A stretch of 64,000 nucleotides of DNA. Origin: a virus. A program made the position numbers and the translations under genes. Numbering within the stretch: the first letter of the stretch is position 1; each line of letters begins with the position of its first letter. Of the stretch, positions 50,278 to 59,901 are shown one piece after another. The notes under the pieces were generated by a model. That model saw only the letters and a program-made list of their open reading frames with translations, was not told the origin of the DNA and did not search any database. The stretch spans positions 23,462 through 87,461 of IMG/VR virus record IMGVR_UViG_3300025133_009669; one strand, given 5' to 3'.

Positions 50278-50662
50278 GCCGCTTTTAAATGTCAAGTTTT
50301 TGCCCGGGACCCGGGGGGCGGAAGCTGCAAGGCTCGTGCCAAGTCTGGATCCTGCGCAAATTTCTTGCATCCGCCTGGGCAAAAAATTTACAGAGTATAT
50401 GCGTGTGCGTTGGCACGAGACTTGCAAGTGCAAAGTCTGTGCCGGAAGTCTTTTCGCTTCTTGATAAGATATTTCTGGGCAAAAGATTTACACTTCCAAA
50501 TTTGTTTTCGGTTGCTTTGGACTGGCACAAATCGTGCATAAGTGCGTGAGGCTAGTGACTTCGGGCAAAAACTGCACAGAAAAAATTACGATAAAACAGT
50601 CCTCCACTATATCTAAGCGTAAGAGGGAATGACCCCGACTACCACAAAAGAGGTTTCTTACC

Positions 50663-50929
50663 ATGTCCGACCGCATCAGCAACAACGTTTTCGCCTCCAA
50701 CGACTTCTCCTTCGGCCTCGCCTGCGAGCGGGCCGGCATCCCCACCACCGGACGGCAGGCGGGCAAGTACCGTCGCGGGATGGGGCAGGCGTGGGCCTCC
50801 CGCCCGACCGCCGTGGACCTGGGCAAGCTGACGGTGCCGAAGCTCCGCGAGGCGGCCCAGCGGTCGGGCATCGCGGTCCCCTCCCGCGCCCGGAAGGCGG
50901 ACGTCATCGCTGCCCTGCTGGGCGAGTAG
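50663..50929 (+). CDS. Small protein with C-terminal Rho_N/HeH-like domain
   Basis: LGKLTVPKLREAAQRSGI...RKADVIAALL. Confidence 0.65.
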   Translation: MSDRISNNVFASNDFSFGLACERAGIPTTGRQAGKYRRGMGQAWASRPTAVDLGKLTVPKLREAAQRSGIAVPSRARKADVIAALLGE

Positions 50930-51025
50930 CCCTCGCCCCCCTGCCCCCTTGGCTTCGGCCAAGGGGGCTTTGTGGGTGCAAGCTGAAGCTGAGACTTGCA
51001 ATACTTTTGCCCCAGGAGAAATGAA

Positions 51026-51397
51026 ATGCCGACGAGCCCTTACTCTGACTTCATCGGGACGACGATTCTTGACGTGAATCACGGAAAGAATGTTATCTCC
51101 TTCGTGACCGACCGTGGAACCTGGGTGATGCAGCACTGGCAGGATTGCTGCGAGGACGTGTACATCGAGGACGTGAACGGAGACCTCTCCAGCCTCATCG
51201 GCGGGCAAGTCGTCGTCGCGGAGGCACGCTCAAGCGGACTCAACCCGGACGACCCCGAGGCGGAAACCTATGAGGATTTCTTGTGCGTGTGGACCTTCTA
51301 CACGATTCGGACCACGCGCGGGGACGTGACCATTCGTTGGTACGGAGAAAGCAACGGCTATTACGCGGTCGATGTAGACTTCGACCGCGAAGAATAG
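51026..51397 (+). CDS. Conserved acidic phage hypothetical protein
   Basis: QDCCEDVYIEDVNGDL...WTFYTIRT..G.VTIRWYGESNGYY; AGGAG RBS. Confidence 0.75.
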   Translation: MPTSPYSDFIGTTILDVNHGKNVISFVTDRGTWVMQHWQDCCEDVYIEDVNGDLSSLIGGQVVVAEARSSGLNPDDPEAETYEDFLCVWTFYTIRTTRGDVTIRWYGESNGYYAVDVDFDREE

Positions 51398-51679
51398 CGG
51401 CCAACCGAAAGCCTTTTGCCCCGGGAAGCCCCCGGGGCATTTGGTCGCATGTAATGTCAAGTTTTTGCCCGGGGTGCAACTGCGCGCTTGTGCATGCTGG
51501 CACACTTTGTGCATATGGTCACATCTGCTACTGTTCGGGCAAAAGTTTAACATCTTTTTCGGCATAGTTTTTGCACTTGCATTTTTCATGCCAAAGCTTC
51601 GGGCTGATTAATATCCTTGAAAAATTGATTGGCATAGTTTTTGCAGCTCAACCATCGGGGCAAAAACTTGACACAAAAG

Positions 51680-51940
51680 AACAAAAGAGGCCGCCCCTTC
51701 CCGGGGCGGTTTCTGCGTTAGCAGCGAATCTTTTGTTGCGTGCCAGAGTCCAGGCGCCTTGGCACGCTTTTTGTAATCCCTTTTGTCTCGCTCTTTCGTA
51801 GCCTTTGACTTGACAGCGCCGCTTTTTGAATGTGGAACAGGAGGAGTCTAACTCGTTGCAGACTGGCTTACTAGTATTGCCAGCCTATCGTGATAGCCCT
51901 TCGTCGTCCCTTTTGCTTTGCCGTTTGTCTCTTGCTCTCG
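51680..51940 (-). ncRNA. Candidate ~250-nt non-coding RNA
   Basis: Lies between a - strand conserved element (51943-51963) and a - strand terminator (51683-51709); no ATG on that strand; several hairpins. Confidence 0.45.
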
Positions 51941-52197
51941 CCTAGATATAGTGGAGGACTGTTTTGCCGTAATTTTTTTTAGGTTCGGATGGGCAAAAGA
52001 TTTACCTTGCAAGATTTGCGCCAATTAGGGCAATCAAAGTAGATTTGTTTTTGTTAAGATTTTGCCCAGATTAGAAGATCTCCTACAAGGAGATGCTAAA
52101 AAGGATTGGCACGGAATTTGATTCGGGGCTTTGGGCAAAAACTGGACATAAAAATCACTGTGGAACAGTCCTCCACTATATCTAGGCGTAAGAGGGA

Positions 52198-52635
52198 ATG
52201 TCTCCCTCGGAGAAAATGAAAATGTTTGATTCACTTTCGGATGCCCAGGTGGCGTGGCTCGCAAACAAGTTGGCGAAGGAGGCGAAGGAGCGCCGTGCCG
52301 ACCTCGCGCCCGGAGAGTACCAGACGGGGGAAATCTCCCTGACGGTTCCGGGCGGAACGGTCAAGGTCGGTGATGATGGAGACAAGACGCCCACGGTGTC
52401 GGTGCCTCTGCTGTCCGTCCTGACCATCGCCTTGCATCGGGCGGGATTCCAGCGCAAGGGGATTCTGGACCTCGTGGTGGAGGCTGCGACCACGGCAATC
52501 AACGACGGCAATCAGGTCGGGACCGAACTCGATACGACGGCGATGTACGTCGAAAACGAGATGAAGGCCCTCAAGGCTCGGTTTGCCGCCGACCTCCCGC
52601 GAACGTTCGTGCGCGGCAAGGTCACGGTCAAGTAG
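52198..52635 (+). CDS. GC-rich hypothetical protein (true start probably a downstream ATG near 52216)
   Basis: Follows the conserved element; GGAG RBS precedes the internal ATGs. Confidence 0.7.
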   Translation: MSPSEKMKMFDSLSDAQVAWLANKLAKEAKERRADLAPGEYQTGEISLTVPGGTVKVGDDGDKTPTVSVPLLSVLTIALHRAGFQRKGILDLVVEAATTAINDGNQVGTELDTTAMYVENEMKALKARFAADLPRTFVRGKVTVK

Positions 52636-52643
52636 GAGAGAAG

Positions 52644-53177
52644 ATGCAAAAAGACTGTTTCAATTGCAAGAATGACAAGCCTCTTCCGCGAGGAGGGTTT
52701 GCTTGCAGAGAGTCGTCCGATGGTGTGGTCGCTATGTGGCGTATTCGTCACGGGCGGCCCCCGGCTGGCAAGGATTCTCATCGAAAGATGGAGCACTGCC
52801 CCTCGTACAAGGGACACACGCACGGGTGAGGGCTGAGGCGGCTGGAGTTTTTTCAGCCGCCTCTTTCCCCGGGTGTACGTCACTGACTTACCTCAATATT
52901 GCTTTCTTCAAGGAAAAAAATGAAGATTACCCTTTTTTCGTCAGAGCCCTTGCATTTCAGTGAGGAAGATGATGGGTGCGCGCACATCGCCGTGTGTGAT
53001 GGTCCCGTTACGACTGATGTAGATGTTCCTGCGCCCGCCTCCGACGACCTTGGACTGTTCGTAAAGATTCAGTCTTGGTCGGAGTATCTTCTCGGAGACC
53101 CCGACGATTACGGCCATGCGCTTACAGCCTTGCTCCAAGGAAAGAGGGTAAAGGTCACAATCGAAACGGTTGATTAA
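52644..53177 (+). CDS. Two small hypothetical proteins (52644-52829 Cys-rich; ~52920-53177)
   Basis: AGGAG/AAGGA RBSs; same cassette. Confidence 0.55.
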
Positions 53178-53406
53178 CCTTTCGGGCAAAGGTCCGCCCT
53201 TCGGGGCAAAAGATTTACAGAGACAATCTTTTGCCCTGCGCCTGCAAGGACTGTGCCAAGTGTTCATGCACACATACGCCCTTGAAAAATAAGTTGGCAC
53301 GGTTCTTGTAGGGGAGACTCACATAACTTCTTGGGCAAAAGCTGGACATAAATATCTCTGCGGATTAGTCCTCCACTATATCTAGGTGTAAGAAGGAGAA
53401 AAGAAG

Positions 53407-54306
53407 ATGGCAAAGTCGATTCGTGAAACCGAAGTCGAAATCGCGGAAGCTCTCATCGAGGCAATCGAGAATGCCGAGGATGGTGGAAAGTGGGTCATGC
53501 CCTGGGATTCCTCCAATGGAATCCCCACGAACGCCACGACGAATCGCGCCTACAGCGGCGGATTCAATTACTTCGTCCTGATGATGGGCGGTCTGAGGTT
53601 CGGTGACAACCGCTGGGCGGGGGCCTCTCAATGGAAGAAGGCCAAGAACCTCGTCCGAAAGGACGAAAAGGGAACCGGGATTTATTTCCCGCGATTCAAG
53701 TGCGCGAAGTGTCAGGCCCCGGTGGGCTGGGGCAAGAAGTGCAAGAGGGGCCACCCGGTCGTCAAGGCTGCGGACAAGACGTTTTCCGGCTGGGGCTCCA
53801 GCTACGTTTTCAACAATCAGCAGACTCAGAACCCTCTGCCCTCCGCTGAGGCCCGGAACGTGGACCCGAGTGTGGGATTTGAGGCGGCGGCAGAAATCGT
53901 CGCAAAGATGGGCGCAGACATTCGGCACGGTGGAAGCCAAGCCTTCTACAGCGTGAAAAAGGATTACATTCAGCTTCCCGAAGCGGGGGCTTTCAAGGAG
54001 ACTGCGGACTACTGGGCGACGAACCTGCACGAGCACGCACATTGGACCGGAGCAAAGAGCCGTCTGAACCGCGATGGAATCGTGAACTTCACGTCCTTCG
54101 GAACTGCCGACTATGCCTATGAGGAACTGGTGGCGGAAATGGGAAGTGCGTTCGTGTGTAAGCACATCGGCGTCGAGCGAGAAGGCCTGTTCGATAACCA
54201 CGTTGCATACCTCTCCCATTGGAAGAAGAAGCTGCGGGAGGAGCCGGGAGTCGTGCGGAAGGCTGCGAACGAAGCTGGGGCAGTTATGAGGTTTTTGCTC
54301 AAGTAA
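53407..54306 (+). CDS. ardC: ArdC-like antirestriction protein (ssDNA-binding + zincin-like domain)
   Basis: WVMPW, PTNATTNRAYSGGFN, VRKDEKG, VFN, AFYS...DYIQLP, HEHAHWTG, YAYEELVAEMGSAF. Confidence 0.9.
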   Translation: MAKSIRETEVEIAEALIEAIENAEDGGKWVMPWDSSNGIPTNATTNRAYSGGFNYFVLMMGGLRFGDNRWAGASQWKKAKNLVRKDEKGTGIYFPRFKCAKCQAPVGWGKKCKRGHPVVKAADKTFSGWGSSYVFNNQQTQNPLPSAEARNVDPSVGFEAAAEIVAKMGADIRHGGSQAFYSVKKDYIQLPEAGAFKETADYWATNLHEHAHWTGAKSRLNRDGIVNFTSFGTADYAYEELVAEMGSAFVCKHIGVEREGLFDNHVAYLSHWKKKLREEPGVVRKAANEAGAVMRFLLK

Positions 54307-54373
54307 GGGGCTTTGAATCTTTTGCCCGCGTCTCAATAACTTGCAATCACTGAAATTTACAAAGGAGGTATAT

Positions 54374-54968
54374 ATGACTATCTATCAGTACTGGCGTAAA
54401 GTAAGCGTCCTCCTGAAAAGCAACCCTGAACTCCGGCCCGGACAGGCGGCATACAACACGCTGTGCCGGTGCAGGCCGGAGCTTGCAAAGCGGGTTCAAG
54501 GCAGCCCGATGGACCCCTTCTATGAGGAGTTCAAGGGGCAGCGATACTACGCCTTCAAGAAGTACGTCGAAAGGCACTGGTAAGGATATTTCGCGACCTC
54601 CTTATGGGAGAGGTACGCGCGTACACTTGGGAGCGGTCATGAAGTTTCTGCTCAAGCAAGGGATTTTAAAACTTTTGCCCGAGAAGGCAATGGAAGGGAA
54701 TGAAATGAAAGAAACGACTTGCATGGTCATCGGTCAAACGATGAGGGTTTCCCCCTCTGCAAAGGGACCTGTGGTTGCCTTTACTCTGAATCGAGACAGG
54801 GGGTTCAAGCCTCAGGTCATTTTGGCTTCTGAATTTCAGGCCTACATCGACTCGTTGGACGCGCGTGCGACTGAGCTTGGAATTCCTGAGAATGAAAAGG
54901 AAGAGGTGGCCCGATTGCTTCAAAGCACTGTGGGGCGAATCAATCGGGCAGTTGCACGGCTGACCTGA
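54374..54968 (+). CDS. Two small hypothetical proteins (54374-54583; ~54705-54968)
   Basis: AGGAGG RBS before 54374; hairpin gaaaggtgggag/ctcccacctttc after 54968. Confidence 0.55.
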
Positions 54969-55186
54969 GTAACCAAGAAAGGTGGGAGCCTCCCACCTTT
55001 CTTGTGCTCTTAAGTGTCAATTTTTTGCCCCGGAGATACGTGCGTATGCAGAATTCGTGCCAATATCCAGAAAATAAGTTGGCATGATTTTTGCAGGAGA
55101 AATACGCACGCACACTCGGGCAAAAGTTAGACACAAATATCGCTGCGGAACAGTCTTTCACTATATCTAGGTGAAGGAGAGAGAAA

Positions 55187-55351
55187 ATGTTTTCTGTAAT
55201 TTCCCTTTTCGATGGCGGCCCCGGTGGAGTCGGTTATTACGTCCTGACTCCCGAAGGTGCCTTGTCCAAGGTCTTCGACTGCCCGAAGGACGCGGAGATT
55301 TGCTGCGCCCTGTTGAACCTCTCTTTGAACGCCACTCCAATCGAGGAATAA
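55187..55351 (+). CDS. 54-aa protein not in the ORF track
   Basis: Conserved element + AGGAG RBS; MFSVISLFDGGPGGVGYYVLTPEG...TPIEE*. Confidence 0.65.
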   Translation: MFSVISLFDGGPGGVGYYVLTPEGALSKVFDCPKDAEICCALLNLSLNATPIEE

Positions 55352-55573
55352 CCTGGGGCCTGGGGTTCGCCCCAGCCTTTGGGCAAAAATTTTACAAAAA
55401 TAAAGTTGCCAGCCGCAAGGGCTGGACTATATATTCTTAACAACCAAGGATTACGCTTTACTTCTTCCATCCAATTCGAACATGCCGGGCGAGGTATCGA
55501 AAGAACTCATAGGTTCCGATTGAAAATGCCGCGTAAAGAAAAAACTCCAAAGGAGTGCTGAGAACGACGTTCA

Positions 55574-55783
55574 TTAATCTTCCCTTACCTTTTTCCTACA
55601 GGCCGTTTTGCTTCGACGCTTCTTTTCGTCGCCGTGGCTTCCGGCTCCATTTCGGAGAATCATGGCGAGAACAATTTTGTTCCGAGTCTTGACCGTGGGA
55701 CCCTTGCCTTGCATGGCGAGTTTTTCGGCCCGCTTTGCCTGGCGCGCTTTACGGCGACGGGCTGCGGATTTTGACTTCGCCAT
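55574..55783 (-). CDS. Highly basic 69-aa protein
   Basis: Directly downstream of the - strand conserved element and AGGAG RBS. Confidence 0.75.
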   Translation of the reverse strand: MAKSKSAARRRKARQAKRAEKLAMQGKGPTVKTRNKIVLAMILRNGAGSHGDEKKRRSKTACRKKVRED

Positions 55784-56322
55784 TTTCTCTTCTCCTTCTT
55801 ACGCCTAGATATAGTAGAAGACTGTTTAGCCGTGATTTTTTTCCAACTCAGCGGGGCAAAAATCTAACAAATTCTGGGCAAAACCTTAACGGAACCAAAT
55901 TTGCTTCGGTTGCAAATCGAAAATCCAACTCAGCGTAATTTGCATGGTACTTCGGCCAAAAGATTCACATTGGAGCTTGGCATGAAAATTGTATTTGCAA
56001 GAATGATGCCAAGAAAAACCGTGCCAGCTTTCGGTGCGGGAAAAGGATTTCTGACTTGGCATGATTTTTGGCGGAAGATGATTGGCGTTTCGGGCAAAAG
56101 CTGGACATAAAAATCACTGCGGAACAGTCCTCCACTATATCTAAGCGTAGGAAAGAGCAGAGCGGGAAAAGCTGAGTTAGAAAAAAACTACGGCAAAACA
56201 GTCCTGCACTATATTTAGACGAGAGAAGAGACCGGGGCGAACAAGGCACGAAGTTTTTTCGGGCTACCTTGCTCCAAACCATGTCGGCGCGGCATCGACT
56301 TTCAAAAATTGCCGTTGGAGAG

Positions 56323-56797
56323 AATGACCATGACGAACATCTTTGAGACCGAGCACACCGAGAGCCCCCTCCAGACCATCCGAGAGACCATGAGTGTTTC
56401 GACCGATGACAACGGCACCGCCCTGGTGTCCTTCGCGACCAACCGCGGGAAGGGTTCCGGCGCTCAGTCGATGCCCGTTTCGGAGTTCGGAGACTACGTT
56501 TCCGCCCTGGAGGAGATTGCCGCTTCGGGCATCCCCGAGGCTTCCGAGGCCCGTCTGTCGGCGGCTGAGTCGCTGCGCCAGACCGTGAAGCAGGAGGACG
56601 GCATCGTGTCCTTCCGGGTCCGTTCGGGCAAGGGTGCGAAGCCTGCGAAGGTTCCGGCCGGCGACCTGGGCGACGTGGCGAGCCTCCTGCGCTCGACCGT
56701 GGATGCCGTCGAGGCGGCGGGCTTGAAGCTGGCCCCGCCCGCTCCCGAGGCTGACGAGGCTGACGAGGACGAGGGTTCCAACGAGGACAACGAGTAA
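56323..56797 (+). CDS. Protein with internal duplicated domain and acidic tail
   Basis: VSFATNRGKGSGAQSMP / VSFRVRSGKGAKPAKVP repeat; tail EADEADEDEGSNEDNE; hairpin terminator 56809-56835. Confidence 0.75.
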
Positions 56798-56880
56798 TCC
56801 GAACAGGGACGAGGGGGCGCGTGCGCGCCCCCTCGATTCCCGCTGCTAAATGTAAAGTTTTTGCCCGCGGTGGGGCTTGC

Positions 56881-56954
56881 TCTGCGAAAATCATGCCAGA
56901 TAGCTTTCTGTGGTTAAACATATACGCGCGAGCGTCTGGCATGATTTTCGCAGA
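56881..56954. repeat. Perfect 20-bp inverted repeat made of two divergent sigma54-like sites
   Basis: tctgcgaaaatcatgccaga ... tctggcatgattttcgcaga. Confidence 0.85.
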
Positions 56955-57083
56955 GGTTAAGTTTTTGCCCCGCTGAGTTGAGAAAAAATTACGGTAAAAC
57001 GGTCCTCCACTATATCTAGACGTAAGAAGGGCCGGCTAAGGAGAAGTAATGTTTAAGAAGGCTAACGTATGGAAAAGGCGGCG

Positions 57084-57602
57084 ATGACTGTCCGCTACGA
57101 TGGAAACCTCTGGGAGCATTCACGGGTGCGGATTGCCCTCAACCGACGAGCCGCCGCCCTTGCATGGGCGGCTTTAGGGGGCGACCTGCCACCCCTCCAG
57201 CCCTGCGTTGATGAAGTCATCCGATGGCTCTGCCGCGACCTCGACACCATCGCCCGCCTGCTCGCGCACCTACTAGAGTTAGGGCCGTTCGCGGAGACAC
57301 CGTGGCCGAAGGGTTGGTCGGCGCCGATGCTTGTCCTACACAGTGTGTTCCGAGGCGTCGTTCCACCTGACGCGACGTGGGAGCTGCGTACGGGGGCCAA
57401 GATGCGAACCGCAAACAGACTCTTTGCTGATGCGGCATTTGGGACTGGTTACCGCGGTCGCTGTGAACAGAGTCTCGCAGAGGGTGGCTGTCTGCTCGTC
57501 GCGGTACCCGCCAAGTTGCCCGATACCCAAGAGCAGGCGCTTGAGGCCGTGACCGAGGTAGTACGGTGGATGCTGGCGAGTGACAAGGAAAAATCACGGT
57601 AA
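57084..57602 (+). CDS. GC-rich hypothetical protein preceded by a 12-aa leader ORF (57049-57087)
   Basis: MFKKANVWKRRR* overlaps (ATGA) the start of MTVRYDG... Confidence 0.6.
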   Translation: MTVRYDGNLWEHSRVRIALNRRAAALAWAALGGDLPPLQPCVDEVIRWLCRDLDTIARLLAHLLELGPFAETPWPKGWSAPMLVLHSVFRGVVPPDATWELRTGAKMRTANRLFADAAFGTGYRGRCEQSLAEGGCLLVAVPAKLPDTQEQALEAVTEVVRWMLASDKEKSR

Positions 57603-57642
57603 AACGGTCCTCCACTATATCTAGGCGTAAGAAGGAGAGAGA

Positions 57643-57997
57643 ATGGAACTGACTTCGGGCCAGAGCCCCTTTCCGAGCTGGACTCTCTGCGGCGAGATTT
57701 GGAGGACGTGTGCATGAGCGTCTTTGAAGTTTTTGTAAGATGTGACCACTGTGGACGCTTATACAATCAGTCGTGCGTGTGCTACCACTGTGGAAAGGGT
57801 TAAAAATGTTTTCTCCTGATGAAAAGGCCGCCGAAAAGGCGGGCAAAGACGCGCACACAAGCGGAATGAGCAGAGATAGGAATCCGCATCAGCCAAAGAC
57901 AATGCTTTGGATGTGTTGGAATCTTGGTTGGGACCTTTCTCGAAAAAGAGAAATTCAAGCTTTGGAAGGAATTTATCATGGATATTCAGGGCTTTAG
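57643..57997 (+). CDS. Chain of microproteins (57643-57717, 57714-57803 CxxC zinc-finger-like, 57806-57997)
   Basis: Conserved element + AGGAG RBS, then coupled stop/start junctions. Confidence 0.55.
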
Positions 57998-59096
57998 AGA
58001 AGCGGCAGAAGAAGGAATGCTCAAGAGGTCTATTAAGGGGCCTTTTGAGCTTTTCAATTACACTCAAAAGGCAACGGTTGCGGGCGCGTGGACGCCTGTA
58101 ACGATGGAGGCTCGCGGGGTTGTTTTTCAGGACGGTCAAATCGTTTGTCGTCCAATGAGAAAGTTTTTCAATCCGCATGAAACTGGGGCAGGTGAAGTTT
58201 TTGCCCCGAATCTGGCGCTCGTCAAGCTGGACGGAACCCTGATTAACGTCTGGTTCGACTTGAGCGGAAACATGCATGTTTCCACACGCGGAAGCCTTGA
58301 GAACGAATACATCGACGGAGCATGGAAGATTATTCGGGAAAGAAATCTTGAAGAAATGCTCTCTATGCACCATGATGTGACGTGGAGCTTTGAATATACT
58401 TACCCTCAGAGTCGCTTTTCAAATCCCAGCGTAATTCCGCATGACAAGGAGAGGCTTACTCTTTTGAATATGCGTATGCGTGATGGAGAGGAGATAGATG
58501 CCGCTATGATTCCCGAATACAATTCGGTAATCTATGCTGACTCAAGCCATTACTATGACCTAGCTGTGTCGGATAGTGGCGAAGGTTTGGCAGAACGAAT
58601 GGCTGGACTTGCCAAGGTTTTGCCCTGGCGGGATGAGGGATGGGTTTTGTCGGTTTTTGACGAAGGAAGGAATCACCGAATCAAGGTAAAAGGAAATCAG
58701 TATGTTGCAATGCACCGAGTCATTCATGGACTGAGGGGTCGAGCCGTTGCCGATGCTTGGTATGCAGAAATGCAGGAAGAATTGGCAGAAATGCTTTACG
58801 AGCCTCATTCGTCTATTCTCTTGGAGAATTTCTCTGAGTATGACCGTGAGTATGCCCGCGCGCAAGATGTGGTGCACGAATGGGTTTCTGGTTATGCAAA
58901 GATTGCGGACATTGAAAATCGAAAGGACTTTGTAATCCAGGCTCAAAAGGAAATCCCTGAGTATTGGCAGCTTGCTATTACTGAGCAGTTTTCAAATAAG
59001 GAGCCGGATTACAAGCTCTTTGTTGTAAAGAAGATTACGGGAAAGAATCCCAGGGCTTGGAGTCTGCCAACAACAGATGACGTTGCCCCTGAATGA
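57978..59096 (+). CDS. T4 Rnl1-like RNA ligase
   Basis: LFNYT, EARGVVF, KFFN, KLDGT (motif I), STRGS, FEY, EGWVL, RIKVKG. Confidence 0.88.
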   Translation: MDIQGFREAAEEGMLKRSIKGPFELFNYTQKATVAGAWTPVTMEARGVVFQDGQIVCRPMRKFFNPHETGAGEVFAPNLALVKLDGTLINVWFDLSGNMHVSTRGSLENEYIDGAWKIIRERNLEEMLSMHHDVTWSFEYTYPQSRFSNPSVIPHDKERLTLLNMRMRDGEEIDAAMIPEYNSVIYADSSHYYDLAVSDSGEGLAERMAGLAKVLPWRDEGWVLSVFDEGRNHRIKVKGNQYVAMHRVIHGLRGRAVADAWYAEMQEELAEMLYEPHSSILLENFSEYDREYARAQDVVHEWVSGYAKIADIENRKDFVIQAQKEIPEYWQLAITEQFSNKEPDYKLFVVKKITGKNPRAWSLPTTDDVAPE

Positions 59097-59327
59097 TGGA
59101 GTATAATCTGATTCTATAATAAACGCTTTATTATAGAATCTTAATTTAATTGGAACTGAAGATTGGGTGATGGAAGCTTCGGGTCTATCCAAGGGTTCTG
59201 TTATTGATATGGTGAAAGAGTTTAGTGTAAGAAAGCCTAGTCAACTAGAGGCTCCGCTGCCGTTTGACCCTCCAAGGGATCTGTTTCCAAGTGTTCCGGT
59301 CTTCGGAACACTCTCCGAGGACTAATG

Positions 59328-59363
59328 AAAAGGAAGGGCCGAGATATCTCGGCCCTTCCTTTT
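59328..59363. terminator. Perfect 36-bp palindrome, bidirectional terminator-like
   Basis: aaaaggaagggccgagat|atctcggcccttcctttt. Confidence 0.8.
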
Positions 59364-59569
59364 GGGCAAAAACTTCACAGGATCTTCGGGCAAAAACTTA
59401 ACATTAAAGCTTGGCACGCGGCTTGCATTAGCAAGAAGGATGCCAGATAAAAAACCATGCCATGATGGCGGGCAATTTTAGTTACTTCAAGTTGGCACGG
59501 CGCTTGACTGGAGGGCGAGAGGCTTATTGCAATAAAACGTAATACAATCCAGCCCTGTACTATATTAAA

Positions 59570-59872
59570 GTGTCAGCTAGTAAAGAGAAGTCAGGGATGC
59601 CGGAGGTTCAAATGGTTTCCATTGAATTTGAGAAGAATCGATATCAGCTTACTCCTAGCGGAGTTTGGATTGGAACTGGAGGCCCGAATGGTGGGCGTTA
59701 TCCCGGCTTGTATTGTGCCGCTCCGATGGTTATTTGGCCTGAACTGATTTCGGCAGCAATTACTCAGGGCTATGAAAAGTCTGACTTGGCTCGCGAAGTT
59801 CCGAAGAAGGCTGCAAAGTCTTCGGCAAAGAAGGCTTATAAGAAGCCTGCGAATTCAATCTCTATCTTTTAA
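59570..59872 (+). CDS. Hypothetical protein with Lys/Ala-rich tail
   Basis: Downstream of a degenerate conserved element; GGAGG before an internal ATG. Confidence 0.6.
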   Translation: MSASKEKSGMPEVQMVSIEFEKNRYQLTPSGVWIGTGGPNGGRYPGLYCAAPMVIWPELISAAITQGYEKSDLAREVPKKAAKSSAKKAYKKPANSISIF

Positions 59873-59901
59873 TTCTAGAATAATCTTCTCGGAGAAATAA
59901 A

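Larger units (their letters stand above)
49330..59510. promoter_or_regulatory. Dense array of sigma54 (-24/-12) consensus sites in intergenic spacers, both strands
   Basis: TGGCAY-N5-TTGC matches at 49515(+), 50411(+), 51630(+), 55080(+), 59412(+), 49330(-), 50326(-), 53243(-), 55996(-), 59430(-), plus many 1-mismatch copies. Confidence 0.8.

Noticed and set aside
48018-57858. Long alternative-frame and antisense ORFs in the GC-rich region (e.g. 48550-49416-, 53365-54336-, 55965-56942-)
   Set aside because: Shadows of high-GC genes; they run through terminators and motif arrays and lack RBSs
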